Positions 17,452-27,428 are shown, numbered from the stretch's first letter. The stretch is DNA of 64,000 nt from an uncultured Chloroflexia bacterium (GCA_963754485.1 CAVWFY010000008.1:198754-262753), one strand, 5' to 3'. Numbers and translations are program-made. The notes: a model not told the origin generated them from the letters alone.

Positions 17452-17589
17452 TCAGGCCGAGAGCTTCTCGCGGCCCCGAGCGCGCCGGTGCGCGAGCACG
17501 CGTCGCCCGCCCGCCGTCTTCATGCGGGCGCGGAACCCGTGCTCCTTTGCGCGATGGCGCTTCTTGGGCTGAAACGTCGGCTTGCCCAT
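17452..17589 (-). CDS. rpmH: 50S ribosomal protein L34 (45 aa; not in the ORF track)
   Basis: Manual translation [45 protein letters not shown]. Confidence 0.97.
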   Translation of the reverse strand: MGKPTFQPKKRHRAKEHGFRARMKTAGGRRVLAHRRARGREKLSA

Positions 17590-17963
17590 CGGGACTGTCC
17601 GTGATCCTCTCCATCAGCCTTGGGACCCGGAAGCTCCGACCCCTAGAGGCACGCAAACGCGCCGAGCGCCTGGAGGCGCGACGGCGCGTGTTCGTCGGGC
17701 GGGATGATATGGCGCCGGCGGCAGGTTCGTCAAACGTCACCCCACCTCCCGGTGGCAGCACCAGGTGCCGCGTGGCGGAGCACGCGTTCCGCGCCGTGGA
17801 CGATCGCCAGCAGGGTCCCCGATGGGCCGCGCCGCGCCCGCCCGGTGGCATCATGCGGGACGTGTGGCGTCCGCGGACCGTGCGTTCGTCCTCCCGGCGG
17901 GCCGCTTGCGGCCGAATCCCCATCGTCCTGCACGATACCCCTAGGGAGTATGCCGGAATCACC

Positions 17964-17993
17964 TTGCGACGCCTCGCCGGGCCGGTGTATGGT
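17964..17993 (+). promoter_or_regulatory. Candidate dnaA promoter TTGCGA-N18-TATGGT
   Basis: Sigma70-like hexamers about 165 nt upstream of the dnaA ATG. Confidence 0.4.
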
Positions 17994-18158
17994 TCCCGAG
18001 CCCTGAGGCACCGGGACGCCAGCGGGGAGCCTCCCCGGAGGACCCGCAGCACTCCTCGGGACGGCGCCCCGGGGCTCGTCCCGCGGTGTCTCTTCCGGTT
18101 GCGCTCGCATTCAAACGCCATCCACCACCGCCCGTCAAGCAGGAACCCGATCGAACGA

Positions 18159-19523
18159 ATGGACGCGAAGCAGGTCTGGCGCGCGGCCCTTGGCGAGCTG
18201 CAGGTTTCCCTGTCGCCCGCCAACTTCGAGACGTGGCTGCGCGACACCTACCTCGTGGACGTCGATGATCAGCGGTTCCGGATCGCGGTCCCCAATGGGT
18301 TCGCCAAGGACTGGCTCGAGACCCGCTACCGCTCCCTGATCTCGCAGACGCTGGCCCGGGTGGTGGGCTACAGCGTCCAGGTCGAGTTCGTCGTAGCGGG
18401 TGCCGGCGAGGCGCAGACACAGGCCGCCGCGGTCGCCGCGCAGCCCGTCCGTGTGGAGCCCACGCGGGTCGGCGCGCCCGAGGGCCCCGCGGGCGGCGCG
18501 ACCAACCTCAACGTCCGCTACACCTTCTCGAACTTCATCGTGGGGTCCGCCAACCGCCTCGCCCACGCGGCGTCGCTGTCGGTCGCGGAGCGCCCGGGCC
18601 ACGCCTACAACCCCCTCTTCCTGTACGGCGGCGTCGGCCTCGGCAAGACCCACCTGATGCACGCGATCGGCAACGCGGTCGCGGCGAAGTTCCCGCGCAA
18701 GCGGGTCGTCTATGCGACCAGCGAGAAGTTCACCAACGAGTTCATCACCAGCATCCAACAGGGCAGGATCGACGAGTTCCGCACGCGCTACCGCCGGATC
18801 GACCTGCTGCTGATCGACGACATCCAGTTCATCGCGGACAAGGAACGGACCCAGGAAGAGTTCTTCCACACGTTCAACGCGATCCACGAGGACGGCAAGC
18901 AGATCGTCCTGTCCTCGGACCGGCCGCCGAAGGCCATCCTGACCCTTGAGGAGCGCCTCCGCTCGCGGTTCGAGTGGGGCCTCATCGCGGACCTCACGGC
19001 CCCGGATCTCGAGACGCGGATCGCCATCCTCCGCGCCAAGGCCGAGGAGCAGGGTACGCCGATCGCCTCCGACGTCATGGAGTTCATCGCGCGCAAGGTC
19101 GTGTCCAACATCCGTGAGCTCGAGGGCGCCCTTAACCGGATCGTCGCCTACGCGTCCATGGGCGCCCAGCCGATCTCCATCGAGCTCGCCCAGGCCGTCC
19201 TGTCGAACGTGCTCTACAACCCCAAGAAGCGCCAGATCACCCCGGAGCGGATCGCCAGGGCGGTGTCGGAGTACTACGGGGTGGGCATGGACGCCCTCCA
19301 GGGCCAGAAGCGCGAGAAGAGCATCGTCGTGCCGCGCCAGATCGCGATGTACCTGATGCGCGAGGAGACGGATGTCTCGCTCCTGCGGATCGGCGCGGAG
19401 CTGGGCGGGCGGGATCACTCCACGGTCCTCCACGCCTGCGGCAAGATCAACCGCGAGATGCAGGTCAACGACGAGATGCGTCGCGAGGTCGCAGCCGTCC
19501 GGGAGCTGATCTACTCCGAGTGA
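18159..19523 (+). CDS. dnaA: Chromosomal replication initiator DnaA
   Basis: YNPLFLYGGVGLGKTHL Walker A, LLIDDIQF, QEEFFHTFN, GGRDHSTVLH. Confidence 0.99.
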   Translation: MDAKQVWRAALGELQVSLSPANFETWLRDTYLVDVDDQRFRIAVPNGFAKDWLETRYRSLISQTLARVVGYSVQVEFVVAGAGEAQTQAAAVAAQPVRVEPTRVGAPEGPAGGATNLNVRYTFSNFIVGSANRLAHAASLSVAERPGHAYNPLFLYGGVGLGKTHLMHAIGNAVAAKFPRKRVVYATSEKFTNEFITSIQQGRIDEFRTRYRRIDLLLIDDIQFIADKERTQEEFFHTFNAIHEDGKQIVLSSDRPPKAILTLEERLRSRFEWGLIADLTAPDLETRIAILRAKAEEQGTPIASDVMEFIARKVVSNIRELEGALNRIVAYASMGAQPISIELAQAVLSNVLYNPKKRQITPERIARAVSEYYGVGMDALQGQKREKSIVVPRQIAMYLMREETDVSLLRIGAELGGRDHSTVLHACGKINREMQVNDEMRREVAAVRELIYSE

Positions 19524-20056
19524 CCCGGGCTGGGCAGTCCATCGTGGCGGGCGATCTCGGGCGGTTCCTGAGCCTGAAGCGGGAGACGCGCCGGCCGTGG
19601 CGGTTGGCCGGCGGGGGCCTGGTGCCGTAGCGCCCCTATCGCCCGCCGCCCGCTGTGGACGGGTGCCCGAAGGGGTGGAGAACCGCCTCGGAACGTGGAC
19701 GGCGGGCGGCGGATCGGGGATGGGCGCGTTGGCGATTGCGGCCTGCCGGCCGACGCGGTGGACGCCCGGCCGGCGGCGTCCCGTTCCATCCACGCTGGTG
19801 CCGCTGGCCCGTCCCCCGGTCCTGCCTGATGATCCACAGATACGCCCGGCCCGCCGACACCGCTGGCCCTCACGAATGAGCGTCACAATCACCCGTATCC
19901 ACGGCAATATGACGGTGATGACGGAGTGAGAAGATAAGGTGATCACTCCACCAAAGATCCACCCCGCGCGGGAGGTGGTCCGCCCACCGACTTGTCGGCA
20001 AACCCGGTGAAGGACCCGACCCGCGGCGCTTCGTCCGCAACTGGAGACAACCCGAC
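19524..20056. other. oriC: Probable oriC (dnaA-dnaN intergenic) with degenerate DnaA boxes and a DnaA-trio-like tract
   Basis: TGATCCACA 19830-19838, GTATCCACG 19895-19903, AGATCCACC 19955-19963, reverse boxes near 19654-19700; TAT GAC GGT GAT GAC at 19908-19922. Confidence 0.75.
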
Positions 20057-21172
20057 GTGAAACTCTCGGTCATGCAGGAGAACCTGGCCCGCGGCCTGTC
20101 CGTGGTCTCGCGGGCGGTCTCCAGCCGCAGCACCCTGCCCGTGCTGGCCAATGTCCTGCTCCGCACCGAGGATGCCGGTCTCAAGCTGACCGCGACCAAC
20201 CTCGAGATCGGGATCACCTACTGGGTGCCGGGCAAGATCGAGACTGACGGCGCCACCACCGTGCCGGCCCGGCTCCTGACCGACCTGGTCTCGAGCCTGC
20301 CCGGCTCCGAGAAGGTGGACCTCGAGCTCCAGGGAACGGACACGTTGCACCTCCGCTGTGGCCGCTTCGCGACACACGTGAAGGGCATCGACGCGGACGA
20401 GTTCCCCACGATCCAGACCGCCGGCGAGCGCCCCACCACGCGGATCAGCCAGAAGATCCTCAAGAAGGCGCTGGAGGAGACGATCTTCGCGGCGGCCAGC
20501 GACGAGGCACGGCCGATCCTGACCGGCGTTCTGGCCCGCTTCGAGGGCAGCCGCCTGACGCTCGCAGCCGCCGACAACTACCGGATCGCCGTCCGGACGA
20601 TCGACATCCTTGATCCCGTCGAGGCGGTCTCGGTCGTCATCCCGGCCCGCGCCCTGACCGAGCTGAGCCGGATCCTTGCCGACACCGAGGACGCCGTGGA
20701 GCTGGTGCTCGCCCAGGCCCGCAACCAGGTGCTGTTCCACGTCGACGGAATCGATCTCGTCTCCCGGCTGATCGACGGCCAGTTCCCGAACTACCAGCAG
20801 GTCCTTCCGGCGAGCCACACGAGCCACGCCGAGTTCGACCGCGAGGAGCTCCTGCGGGCGGTCCGCCCCGCGGCACTGATCGCCAGCTCGTCGGCCAACA
20901 TCGTCAAGCTCGAGGTGGGCGGTGACGGCGCGGCGGTCACGGTCACGGCAACGGCCGAGGTGGGCGACTACACCGGGGACGTGGAAGGCACGGTCGAGGG
21001 CGACCCGACCACCATCGCCTTCAATGCCCGCTACCTGGCCGACGTGCTGGGCAACGTGGGTGCCGACCGGTTCTCGCTCGAGCTGAACGGGCCCCTCTCG
21101 CCGGGCGTCTTCCGGCCGGTGGGCGACGCGGACTACGTCCACGTCGTGATGCCCGTGCGGACGACCTCCTGA
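20057..21172 (+). CDS. dnaN: DNA polymerase III beta sliding clamp
   Basis: LPVLANVLL, LTATNLEI, SRLIDGQFPNY, IAFNARYL, HVVMPVR. Confidence 0.99.
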   Translation: MKLSVMQENLARGLSVVSRAVSSRSTLPVLANVLLRTEDAGLKLTATNLEIGITYWVPGKIETDGATTVPARLLTDLVSSLPGSEKVDLELQGTDTLHLRCGRFATHVKGIDADEFPTIQTAGERPTTRISQKILKKALEETIFAAASDEARPILTGVLARFEGSRLTLAAADNYRIAVRTIDILDPVEAVSVVIPARALTELSRILADTEDAVELVLAQARNQVLFHVDGIDLVSRLIDGQFPNYQQVLPASHTSHAEFDREELLRAVRPAALIASSSANIVKLEVGGDGAAVTVTATAEVGDYTGDVEGTVEGDPTTIAFNARYLADVLGNVGADRFSLELNGPLSPGVFRPVGDADYVHVVMPVRTTS

Positions 21173-22374
21173 CGGACCCGGCGACCGCCCCGATCCAGTC
21201 GGAGGAGCGGGACGCCCCGATCCTCCGGGGTCTGTCCGTCCGCGACCTGCGTGCGTACGCAGCGCTCGACACCATGTTCGACACCGGCCCGCAGCTGGTG
21301 TGGGGCCCCAACGCGGCCGGCAAGACGAGCCTGCTCGAGGCCATCGTCCTTGTGGCCTGGGGTCGTTCGCACCGGACGAGCACCGACGGCGAGCTCGTGC
21401 GCTGGGGCCGCGAGCTGGCCCGCGTGGAGGCGCGGGTGGGTCGGGCCGGGACGCCGCCCGACGAGCGTGACGCCCTCGAGGTCGCGCTCGTGAAGACCGC
21501 GGGCGGAAGCGTTCGCAAGCGGATCCGCGTGAACGGGGTCGCGCGCCGGTCCGCCGCACTCACGGGCGTGCTCCGGACCGTGCTGTTCGCCCCCGAGGAG
21601 ATGCTGCTCGTCGCGGGCTCCCCGTCGCTGCGCAGGGAGGCCCTCGACCGCGTGGCCGGCCAGCGCTCGCCGGCCTACGGCCGGGACCTCGCGGCCTACG
21701 GGCGGGCCCTCCAGCAGCGCAACGGTCTGCTCCGGCTCATCCGCGAGGAGCAGGCGACGCGCGCCGAGCTGCGCTTCTGGGACGCTGCCCTGCTCGAGGC
21801 CGGCACGGCCGTGCGGGAGGAGCGCCACCGGCTGCTCGCCGAGATGGCTGGCCCTCTCGCCGCCGCCCACGCCGAGATCGCCCCCGACGAAGCCGCCACG
21901 GGGAGCCTCGCGCTCGTGTACTCGACCAATGCGCCGCAGCACGCGGGCGAGTCCGTCCGTGACGCCCTGGGCCGACGCCTCGCGGAGACGGCCGACAAGG
22001 AGGTGTGGAACGGCTCGACGCTCATCGGTCCCCACCGCGACGACATCGTGTTCGAGATGGGCGGTCGGGCGCTCGCGTCGTTCGCGTCCCGCGGTCAGCA
22101 GCGGACGGCGATCCTGGCCTTCAAGCTGGCGGAGGTCGACCTGCTCACGGCGTTGGACGGCCGCCCGCCGCTGCTCCTGCTCGACGACGTCTTCTCGGAG
22201 CTGGACCCGGAGCGGCGGGCCCACCTGGTGAGGCGGATCGCCGCGCTGCCGCAGGCGTTCGTGACCACGACCACGCTCGAGGACCTGGACCCCGGCCTGC
22301 GCTCGGTCGGGACGGCCTGGGCGGTCACGACGGCCGAGGACGGGGCCGCGCACCTGGAGCGGAGCGGACGATGA
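21169..22374 (+). CDS. recF: DNA replication/repair protein RecF (non-canonical start likely; first ATG at 21274)
   Basis: ILRGLSVRDLRAY N-terminal strand upstream of the first ATG, GPNAAGKTS, GPHRDD, SRGQQR, LLLLDDVFSELD. Confidence 0.93.
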   Translation: MTDPATAPIQSEERDAPILRGLSVRDLRAYAALDTMFDTGPQLVWGPNAAGKTSLLEAIVLVAWGRSHRTSTDGELVRWGRELARVEARVGRAGTPPDERDALEVALVKTAGGSVRKRIRVNGVARRSAALTGVLRTVLFAPEEMLLVAGSPSLRREALDRVAGQRSPAYGRDLAAYGRALQQRNGLLRLIREEQATRAELRFWDAALLEAGTAVREERHRLLAEMAGPLAAAHAEIAPDEAATGSLALVYSTNAPQHAGESVRDALGRRLAETADKEVWNGSTLIGPHRDDIVFEMGGRALASFASRGQQRTAILAFKLAEVDLLTALDGRPPLLLLDDVFSELDPERRAHLVRRIAALPQAFVTTTTLEDLDPGLRSVGTAWAVTTAEDGAAHLERSGR

Positions 22375-22757
22375 CGCCGGGTCGCGATCGCGGGGCGGAC
22401 CCCGAGGCCCCCGGCAGGCGCCGGCGGCCCGACCGCATCGGCGACCTCCTGCCCGAGGCGGCCCGCCAGCTCGGACTCGAGGACGAGCTGCGGCTCGCGC
22501 GCGCGATCGCGACGTGGGACGCCCTCGTGGCCGAGCACGTGCCGCCCGCCGCGGGTGCGTGCCGGCTCGTTCGGTTGGAGCCCGGGGCCATCGTCGTGGC
22601 GGTGGACGAGCCGATCGTGGCGGCCGAGCTGCGGATGCGGGCGGTGGAGCTCCTCGCTGCCTTCGCAGCCGCGCCGGGAGGCGCAAGCGTACGGTTCCTG
22701 CGGCTGGCGGGCGAGCCAGGGCGCGACTCCCGGGGACCACGACCGCCGCGCGTATAA
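22371..22757 (+). CDS. dciA: DciA/DUF721 helicase-loader-like protein
   Basis: ATGA overlap with recF; IGDLL...W..LV..H...AAEL pattern; standard position after recF. Confidence 0.75.
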   Translation: MTPGRDRGADPEAPGRRRRPDRIGDLLPEAARQLGLEDELRLARAIATWDALVAEHVPPAAGACRLVRLEPGAIVVAVDEPIVAAELRMRAVELLAAFAAAPGGASVRFLRLAGEPGRDSRGPRPPRV

Positions 22758-22758
22758 T
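22753..22758 (+). promoter_or_regulatory. Consensus -10 TATAAT upstream of the PP2C-like/rhomboid genes
   Basis: Perfect TATAAT overlapping the dciA stop codon. Confidence 0.55.
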
Positions 22759-22830
22759 CTGCTCCCGCTGTCGAGGGGGAGCGTCACGAGTTGCCCCCGC
22801 GCGCGTCGCTCAACCCATGAGGCTCGCTTC

Positions 22831-25116
22831 TTGCCCGCCCGTCTCCAGCTGAAGCTCGGCGCCGTCACCGATCAGGACCGGCTACCCGACTCGCCCGACA
22901 CGATCGTGGTGGTCGAGCCGTCGGTGGGATCCGTCGGGCGCACCAAGGGCAACCTGTACCTGCTCGTGACCAGCACCATCCCGGGCAATCGGGCGCGCGA
23001 GGCGACCCGGATGGTCGCGGACACGATCAGGAACGAGTACTACTACGACGAGTCGGCCGGCATCCGGCAGTGCCTGACCAAGGTCCTGGGTGTCGCCAAC
23101 AAGCGCCTCGCGCACCAGCGCGACAAGTACGGCCTGGCGCAGGCTGTCGACGGCGCGGGCCCGATCGGGGTGGCGGTGGCGGTCGTCCGCGGCCGCGAGC
23201 TCTACGTCGCGACCGTCGGCCCGGCCGAGGCCTACCTCATCCGCCAGGCCCGCCTCTCCACCCTGCCCGACCCGAACCGGGAGCGCGGGCTCCCCGCCGA
23301 GGGCCTGGAGCCCGAGGTCTGGCGTGGGGAGCTCCAGGTGGGCGACTCGCTGAGCCTCGTCTCGGCCAACGTGATGGGCAGGATCGGGTCGGACGCTCTC
23401 AAGGACGCTCTCGTCACGCTCCACCCGCAGTCGGCGATCGAGCACCTCCACGCGCGCTTCGTGGCCGCGGACGGCAAGGGGTCGGACGGCGCGTTCGCCT
23501 TCGAGGCCAGCGAGGTGGGGGCCACCTACAAGGCCCGGTCGCTCGTGCCGGTCCGCCCGGCCGAGCCTCTCGCCGGCGCACCGGACAAGGGCCCCATCCC
23601 GCTGGCCGACTCAGCCGTTGGCGCCGCGGCCGCCATGGGCGTCGGGGCCGCCAGGGCCCGTGACGCGGCCGGCAGCGGCTTCGGGCGCTTCGTCTGGTCG
23701 ATCCAGGACATGCTGCCGCACCGCAGGCCCGGAACGCGCAAGGTCACGGCCGCGACGAGCCGCATGGAGACCCAGCGACGCGCGGCCGTCGCCGTCCTCG
23801 CGTTCATCGCCGTGGCCGGAGGGCTCGTCCTGGGCGTGTACGCCGTCGCGGGACAGCAATCGCCCACCGAGCCACTCCGGAGCCTTTCCGTGGCCCAGCG
23901 GGCCTTCCAGGAGGCGGAGGAGGCCGCTGCGAGCGTGTCCGGACCCGGCGTGGACCTGATCGCCGACGATCCGTCCAAGGCGCTCGAGCTCCTGACCGCG
24001 GCCTACGGCAAGCTGGACGAGGCCCAGGCCGCCGGCTATCCAGCCGTCGAGGTCAGCGCGCTGCGCGCCGAGGTCAGCGAGGGCCTCGACCGCCTCTACG
24101 GCGTCGTCCCGGTCCGCTCCAGCACCGCCTTCACCTTCCCGTCCGACACGCCCGTGCTGCTCGAGGGCCTGGTCCGCGGGAACGACGGCGCCCCGTACGT
24201 GCTCGACAGCGCCGGCAAGACCGTCTGGCGCATCGACCTCGCCAAGCAGACCGCCTCCCCTGTCGCCGCGTCCGGACAGAAGGCATCGGGCGCCAGGGTC
24301 GCGGACCCCAAGGTCATCACGACGGGCGGTCCCGACGTCGTGTTCCTGGACACGAAGAACAACCTGTGGCGCTGGCGACCGCTGCCCAACAAGGGCAAGG
24401 GGACGCTCGCGAAGATCAACGTCGAGGACTCGGCCACCTGGGGCGATGACATCGAGGTGATGTCGACGTTCGTGGCCAACTTCGATGCCGCGCTCTACAA
24501 GCTCTACGTCGTCGATCCTTCCGAGCAGAACATCATGGTCGTCTCACCCTCGAGCGACGGATCGGGCTACCAGGGGAAGCCGACGCGCCGACTCCCGACC
24601 GACCGCCCGGTGGACGGCATCACCGACCTGCTCCTCGACGGCGACATCTTCGTGGCCGAGAACGGCGCGGTCTCGCGCGTGATCCCGGCATCGGGCTGGA
24701 GCGTCTCGGAGCCCGAGGACACGCAGGTCCGGCCCAACCCGAGCTACGTGCTCCTCTCGTCGCCGGACCTGCCCGACGGCTCGTCGAGCAAGCGCGCCGG
24801 CCTGCTGTACGCCTTCGACCGCACCAACCACCGGATCGTCGCCTTCAACAAGGCCGACGGGAAGTACGTGGCGCAGTACCAGCTGGCCGACGGCGACCAG
24901 GGCTGGCGCGACCTGCGGGACATGGTCGTGCTGCCCGGAGCAGACGAAGAGGCACCGGCCACGGCCTGGTGGATCTCCAGCAACGGACTCCACAGCGCCG
25001 TGCTGACGCCCGCCGAGGGCCCCGCCGCCACGCCGACGCCCGCCCCGACCGCCACGGCCAGCCCGACACCCAAGCCCACGAAGACGCCCAGGCCCAAGAA
25101 GACGCCCAAGCCGTGA
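22831..25116 (+). CDS. PP2C-fold (apparently inactive) cytoplasmic domain, TM helix, extracellular beta-propeller-like domain (761 aa)
   Basis: TTG start with GAGG SD; LKLGAVTD, LYVATVGPAEAYLIR, GDSLSLVS resemble PP2C motifs; TM AVAVLAFIAVAGGLVLGVYAV; repeated beta-strand motifs; Pro/Thr/Lys tail. Confidence 0.7.
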   Translation: MPARLQLKLGAVTDQDRLPDSPDTIVVVEPSVGSVGRTKGNLYLLVTSTIPGNRAREATRMVADTIRNEYYYDESAGIRQCLTKVLGVANKRLAHQRDKYGLAQAVDGAGPIGVAVAVVRGRELYVATVGPAEAYLIRQARLSTLPDPNRERGLPAEGLEPEVWRGELQVGDSLSLVSANVMGRIGSDALKDALVTLHPQSAIEHLHARFVAADGKGSDGAFAFEASEVGATYKARSLVPVRPAEPLAGAPDKGPIPLADSAVGAAAAMGVGAARARDAAGSGFGRFVWSIQDMLPHRRPGTRKVTAATSRMETQRRAAVAVLAFIAVAGGLVLGVYAVAGQQSPTEPLRSLSVAQRAFQEAEEAAASVSGPGVDLIADDPSKALELLTAAYGKLDEAQAAGYPAVEVSALRAEVSEGLDRLYGVVPVRSSTAFTFPSDTPVLLEGLVRGNDGAPYVLDSAGKTVWRIDLAKQTASPVAASGQKASGARVADPKVITTGGPDVVFLDTKNNLWRWRPLPNKGKGTLAKINVEDSATWGDDIEVMSTFVANFDAALYKLYVVDPSEQNIMVVSPSSDGSGYQGKPTRRLPTDRPVDGITDLLLDGDIFVAENGAVSRVIPASGWSVSEPEDTQVRPNPSYVLLSSPDLPDGSSSKRAGLLYAFDRTNHRIVAFNKADGKYVAQYQLADGDQGWRDLRDMVVLPGADEEAPATAWWISSNGLHSAVLTPAEGPAATPTPAPTATASPTPKPTKTPRPKKTPKP

Positions 25117-25142
25117 CGCGCCCGGGCGCCTGACCCACCGAG

Positions 25143-25937
25143 GTGCTGCCGCTCCGCGACGCACGGCCCCCTCGCCGGACCCCGGTGGTGACGGCGGCGA
25201 TCCTGGCCATGTGCTGCATCGCCTTCGGGTGGGAGCTGGTGCTGCTCGCCCAGGGCGGCGACGCGGCACTCGCCCGGTTCTTCGAGCGACGCGGGCTGGT
25301 GCCGGCGGATCTCGTGGCCGCGCTCCAGGCGGGCGACTACCTGTCGGGACCGACGCTGGACCTGTTCACCCACGTCTTCCTGCACGGGAGCTGGCTGCAC
25401 CTGATGGGCAACATGCTGTTCCTCTGGATCTTCGCGGTGAACGTGGAGGACCGGCTGGGGCGCCCGGTGTTCGTCGCCTTCTTCCTGGTCGGGGGGATTG
25501 CGGCCGCCGCCGGGCACGTGCTCGTGGAGCCGACGAGCGAGATCCCGATGATCGGTGCGTCGGGCGCGATCTCGGCGGTGCTGGGCGCGTACCTGGTGCT
25601 GTTTCCCGGGGCCCGCATCCAGTCCCTGGTGTTCCTGGTCTTCTTCTACGAGCTGATCGCCGTGCCCGCGATCATCGTGCTCGGCTTCTGGTTCGTGCTG
25701 CAGCTGATGGACGGGCTTGTCTCGCTGGGGCCTGCCGCGGGAACGGATGTCGGAATCGCGTTCTGGGCGCACATCGGCGGGTTCCTGGCCGGCGCGGCCA
25801 TGGCGATCCCATTGCGCTACCGCCGGGGCGCAGGCGCGCCGGATCCGGCGCCCGGTCGCGCGGCTGAGCCCGCGCCCATCTCGAGACCCGACGCTGGCCC
25901 TCCGCCCCCGCCACCCCCGTCGCCTGCTCTCCGCTGA
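25143..25937 (+). CDS. Rhomboid family intramembrane serine protease
   Basis: FLHGSWLHLMGNM, GASGAIS (catalytic Ser), AHIGGF (catalytic His). Confidence 0.93.
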   Translation: MLPLRDARPPRRTPVVTAAILAMCCIAFGWELVLLAQGGDAALARFFERRGLVPADLVAALQAGDYLSGPTLDLFTHVFLHGSWLHLMGNMLFLWIFAVNVEDRLGRPVFVAFFLVGGIAAAAGHVLVEPTSEIPMIGASGAISAVLGAYLVLFPGARIQSLVFLVFFYELIAVPAIIVLGFWFVLQLMDGLVSLGPAAGTDVGIAFWAHIGGFLAGAAMAIPLRYRRGAGAPDPAPGRAAEPAPISRPDAGPPPPPPPSPALR

Positions 25938-26007
25938 CGGGCGCCCTGCCCCGAGCCTCGCCACCGCCTCGAACCCCGAGGCGGTCCATGCGTGGGATAA
26001 TCCCGCC

Positions 26008-26637
26008 ATGGCGGCCGACCGCGCACCCGAACTCGAGATGATCGTCGAGAGCGTCCGCGTCCACATGCGAACGGGCCGCCACGTGCTCCTGCTCAAGGAG
26101 GTTGGCGCCGGCCGCATCCTTCCCGTGTGGATTGGCCCCTGGGAGGCCCAGGCCATCGCGATGCGCCTGCAGGGGGTCTCCGCGGAGCGGCCCCTGACCC
26201 ACGACCTCTTCGTCGCCACCCTGGCCTCGCTCGGCGTGCGCATCGACCGCGTCGTCATCGCGTCGCTCGCCGACGAGACGTTCCATGCCCGACTGGAACT
26301 GGTCGCGGCGGACAGCCGTCAGGACGTGGACGCCCGGCCCTCGGACGCGATCGCGCTCGCGGTGCGGCTCGAGTGCCCGATCTACGCGTCGGCGCAGGTG
26401 CTGGACCAGGCCGCGGCGCTGCCCGACGACGAGGGCGACGACGACGAGGGCGACGAAGGGTCGGTCGCTCGCGAGGAGGCCCGGGATGCACGCAGGAGCC
26501 GGCTTGCGGCGGGCTCGCTCGAGGCGACGGGAGAGCTTCTCGACCCCATGAAGCTCGACATCTTCCGCGAGTTCGTCAACAGTCTCGAGCCGGATGGCGG
26601 CGATCCCCGCGGCGGCGGGGCCAGCTCGTCCGGCTAG
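26008..26637 (+). CDS. Bifunctional nuclease family protein (DUF151), leaderless
   Basis: LPVWIGPWEAQAI, RPLTHDL, DARPSDAIALAVR; TGG-GATAAT 6 nt before the ATG. Confidence 0.9.
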   Translation: MAADRAPELEMIVESVRVHMRTGRHVLLLKEVGAGRILPVWIGPWEAQAIAMRLQGVSAERPLTHDLFVATLASLGVRIDRVVIASLADETFHARLELVAADSRQDVDARPSDAIALAVRLECPIYASAQVLDQAAALPDDEGDDDEGDEGSVAREEARDARRSRLAAGSLEATGELLDPMKLDIFREFVNSLEPDGGDPRGGGASSSG

Positions 26638-27428
26638 CCGCCCAGGATCGGACTGCCCCGGCGCCGGGCCCGGTCCGCGTTCGCCCAGAGGCGCAGCCGC
26701 AGCATCCAGAAGTCCTTCACGGCCCGCCCGATGACCGACGGTCGGGCACCCGTCGGCGAGCCGGCGGTGCGCGCGTAGTGGGGGACGCCGACCTCGACGA
26801 CCGAGCGGCCCTGCTCCGCGATCTTGACCAGGAGCTCCGCGGAGAAGAAGGCCCCGCCGGACTCGACCCGGACGCCCTCGAGCGCCTCGCGGCGGAACAG
26901 CTTGCAGGCGCAGTCCACGTCGCGCACCCGCAGGCCGTAGAAGATCCGGTTGGCCAGCTTGTACGTCCGCGCATACACGATCCGGATGATCGGGTCGGCC
27001 CGCTTGATCCGGTACCCGACGACCACATCCGGGCGGTCGGCGGCGGCGAGGCGCTCGGTCAGGCGGGCGATGTCCGCGACCCGGAACTGGCGGTCGCCGT
27101 CGGTGAAGGCGAGGAGCTCGTAGCGCGAGGCCTCGAAGCCGGAGCGCAGCGCACCGCCGTAGCCGCGGTTGACGTCGTGGTGGACGGCCCGCACGACGCC
27201 CGGGTGCTCGGCGGCGAGGCGGTCCGCGATCTCGCGGGTGCGATCCCTCGATCCGTCGTTGACGGCGATGATCTCGAAGGTCTCGGCGATGGAGGGCAGC
27301 GTCTCGAGGGCCTCCTGGACCAGCCCCTCGAGATTCGCCTCCTCGTTGTGGGCCGGGAAGAAGTACGACAGGCGCGCGACCCGATGGGGCGCGGCGGCCG
27401 TGCCGGGGGCTGCTGCGGGGGCGGTCAT
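26634..27428 (-). CDS. GT2 glycosyltransferase, polyprenol-phosphate mannose/glucose synthase-like
   Basis: FFPAHNEE, VNDGSRD, NRGYGGAL, FTDGD, DVDCACKLFRR. Confidence 0.88.
   Translation of the reverse strand: MTAPAAAPGTAAAPHRVARLSYFFPAHNEEANLEGLVQEALETLPSIAETFEIIAVNDGSRDRTREIADRLAAEHPGVVRAVHHDVNRGYGGALRSGFEASRYELLAFTDGDRQFRVADIARLTERLAAADRPDVVVGYRIKRADPIIRIVYARTYKLANRIFYGLRVRDVDCACKLFRREALEGVRVESGGAFFSAELLVKIAEQGRSVVEVGVPHYARTAGSPTGARPSVIGRAVKDFWMLRLRLWANADRARRRGSPILGG

Noticed and set aside
17547-18158. 204-aa N-terminal extension of DnaA suggested by the ORF track
   Set aside because: It overlaps rpmH on the other strand and promoter DNA; DnaA domain I begins at Met 18159
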